From contig JACPMK010000002.1 of the NCBI GenBank assembly GCA_016186115.1, positions 8,983 through 72,982 on the forward strand: a DNA stretch of 64,000 nt, given 5' to 3'. A program made the translations under genes and the position numbers. The notes beneath the pieces were generated by a model. The model did no database searches and had not been told where the DNA came from. It worked only from the letters and a program-made list of their open reading frames with translations. Shown one piece after another: positions 62,503 to 64,000 of the stretch (positions are counted from its first letter, which is position 1; each line of letters starts with the position of its first letter). The stretch comes from Candidatus Wildermuthbacteria bacterium (GTDB lineage: Bacteria; Patescibacteriota; Minisyncoccia; Minisyncoccales; UBA10102).

Positions 62503-63618
62503 TTACGCATAAAGAGAATCCATTTGGAAGTAATATCGGCCCGATTTTATTTTTGATGGAGTGGTTGCCAATTGTCTTATCGCGTAACAGGCAGCGGCAC
62601 CGCGCAGAAACGAGGACTCGGCCAACTGGGGAATTCCCGCCAATGCAGAACCCACCAAAGGAAAAGATTGCTGAAGCCGTTTGGTGAGATGCTGTGTTCC
62701 TATAAAATCTCTTGCCAAAGCCACAAATTTTCGCACATCTTTTTTCACTGGATCCAAATGCGCGATTTGATTTTTGATTACTGTTTTGAGATAACCGTTT
62801 AGGATTGGTAATTCGGGATTAAGGTCGTATCGCTCAACGTCGATGATCACGTTTTCGCCGTTGCCCGTAACCATGATAACCGGAATACGATATTTTCTTG
62901 CGGCTTCCCGAATTGAAATTTTGAGCTGTAAGTGATCCGTCTCCTCTACCAATACGTCAACTTTAGGATGCAGTAAGAATTCTTCTTCTTTGCCCGGCAC
63001 AATGCCTAGGGGAAATATGGTGAGATCAGCAAAGGGGTTGATCTCGTAGATTTGTTGAGCAGAGAGAATTGCTTTGTTCATTCCTATTTGATGGACACAG
63101 GAGCGAAAACGATTGAGGTTTGAAAGTGACAAAGGGTCGTTGTCAGCAAGCTTCATCATTTTTACTCCTTCGAGCGCAAGACAGATGGCGATGGGGTTGC
63201 CCACATTAAGCCCTGCAATGCCGACTCTGATATTTTTGAGCTTTTGCTGTTCTTCTACGGTAATAAGATTTTGATTACGGGAGATTCGTACTTTTTCGAA
63301 ATCCGGCTGTTCGAGCGTATGCACGAGAAGGAAACGCCAAGGGTAAAATACCCATATTCCTTGCGCTAAGCTGTTTTTACCTCCACTTTTTTTTTCGGCG
63401 GGCCGTAAAAGTAGAGAAGGATTGCGAATAATGCGGAGTTCTTTTTGCTGGTCTTCCCATTCATCAATCACTGAAAGCACTTTTTTTGTTTTGATTAATT
63501 CGGCTATCCGTATTTGGTCTACCTTCTTTTTCATCGAGAAAATCAATGGCGCATACGAAGCGCTTTCCTTCTGCTGTGCCTTGTCTAGTAATTGTGCGAT
63601 CGCTTGGATATGATTCAT
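62503..63618 (-). CDS. ThiF/MoeB/HesA-family E1-like adenylyltransferase with a ~130-aa N-terminal extension
   Basis: 371 aa. Nucleotide-binding VGIAGLNVGNPIAICLALEGV, and LADNDPLSLSNLNR typical of E1-like enzymes. No CxxC zinc site is evident. Confidence 0.65.
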   Translation of the reverse strand: MNHIQAIAQLLDKAQQKESASYAPLIFSMKKKVDQIRIAELIKTKKVLSVIDEWEDQQKELRIIRNPSLLLRPAEKKSGGKNSLAQGIWVFYPWRFLLVHTLEQPDFEKVRISRNQNLITVEEQQKLKNIRVGIAGLNVGNPIAICLALEGVKMMKLADNDPLSLSNLNRFRSCVHQIGMNKAILSAQQIYEINPFADLTIFPLGIVPGKEEEFLLHPKVDVLVEETDHLQLKISIREAARKYRIPVIMVTGNGENVIIDVERYDLNPELPILNGYLKTVIKNQIAHLDPVKKDVRKFVALARDFIGTQHLTKRLQQSFPLVGSALAGIPQLAESSFLRGAAACYAIRQLATTPSKIKSGRYYFQMDSLYA

Positions 63619-64000
63619 CGCAAAAGTTTGTCTTCTACGGGATGTTTCGGCGTGAGGGGTTGTTTTGCTGCCATAGAGCCGGCGCAGAAAAGGAATTGCG
63701 GGAGGAGATTAGCGCCAAGCAGTTGTTGCACGTTTTTATGCAAATCCCCTATTTCAATTGCCGCAATAAAAATGGATGTTTGAAGACCGGAATTCTGGAG
63801 CTCAATCATAAGACGTTCAACAAGCCGTCCGGTTTTCATCCAGACAGTGGGAGAATTTTCTTTTGCCGTGACAATGCAGATAAGAGGAGCAGAAGAAACA
63901 CTGCGATAATTGAGTTTCGCAAGAAATTTCCCAAGATCCATGAATTTCATGAGAAAAGGAGTGAGAATCGAAATGATCATGGGCATCCGAAGAGAATAGC
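63615..64000 (-). CDS. nitroreductase-fold (FMN oxidoreductase, SagB/Rv1355c-C-terminal-like) protein, 5'-truncated by the window edge
   Basis: The C-terminal 123+ aa are visible. The frame remains open upstream of M at 63986 to the window end. The pattern (…TGRLVERLMIELQNSGLQTSIF…LFCAGSMA) resembles a nitroreductase C-terminal half. 4-nt ATGA overlap with the E1-like gene. Confidence 0.45.
   Translation of the reverse strand, partial: YSLRMPMIISILTPFLMKFMDLGKFLAKLNYRSVSSAPLICIVTAKENSPTVWMKTGRLVERLMIELQNSGLQTSIFIAAIEIGDLHKNVQQLLGANLLPQFLFCAGSMAAKQPLTPKHPVEDKLLR

Noticed and set aside
1-64000. CRISPR arrays, cas genes, transposases/IS elements, prophage modules, rRNA genes and classical defence systems (RM, TA, Abi).
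   Set aside because: No spaced direct-repeat arrays, no recognisable transposase or phage structural motifs, and no nuclease-helicase defence architectures were seen on either strand. The only nuclease-family gene is the small GIY-YIG ORF.

Overview
Low-GC, tightly packed bacterial chromosome segment with about 56 protein genes and one intact tRNA. No rRNA, CRISPR array or transposase was seen. All function calls come from motif recognition by eye; no searches, folding or statistics were run.

Core content:
- Cell envelope and division: a PBP2/FtsI-type transpeptidase, murF, a FemAB-like gene, an ftsQ-like gene, murG, ftsW, mraY, an Mpl/MurC-type ligase and a D-Ala-D-Ala carboxypeptidase.
- Translation: lysS, serS, gltX, aspS, rplI, rpmA and tRNA-Lys.
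- Other housekeeping: hrcA-grpE-dnaK-dnaJ behind a degenerate CIRCE operator, pyrG, greA and ctpA.

The style suggests a Candidate Phyla Radiation/Patescibacteria-like organism, but this is inference only. The supporting traits are short overlapping genes, three GT-C glycosyltransferases, a domain-reduced AspRS, many orphans and a giant surface protein.

Unusual content, in my order of interest:
1. A LysW-like zinc-ribbon ORF with an ATP-grasp ligase, a PLP enzyme and an NlpC/P60 peptidase, wedged between murC/mpl and mraY (41.0-44.1 kb).
2. A minus-strand gene string of at least 11.5 kb: nitroreductase-like, E1-like, Leu-DH-like, PaaK-like, then HK and RR, a membrane protein and a 1594-aa LTD/beta-helix surface protein (52.5-64 kb, runs off the window).
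3. A tRNA-Lys locus in which a GIY-YIG ORF and the intact tRNA sit between 53-nt direct repeats of a tRNA-Lys-derived sequence carrying a GC hairpin (20.27-20.75 kb).
4. A consensus-like promoter followed by about 470 nt of dense helices upstream of a small membrane protein, plus three orphan genes (27.4-29.4 kb).
5. A BcsZ/BcsA-like glycan synthase operon with a GT-C enzyme and a convergent GH6.
6. A promoter-leader-terminator unit between mraY and ftsW.
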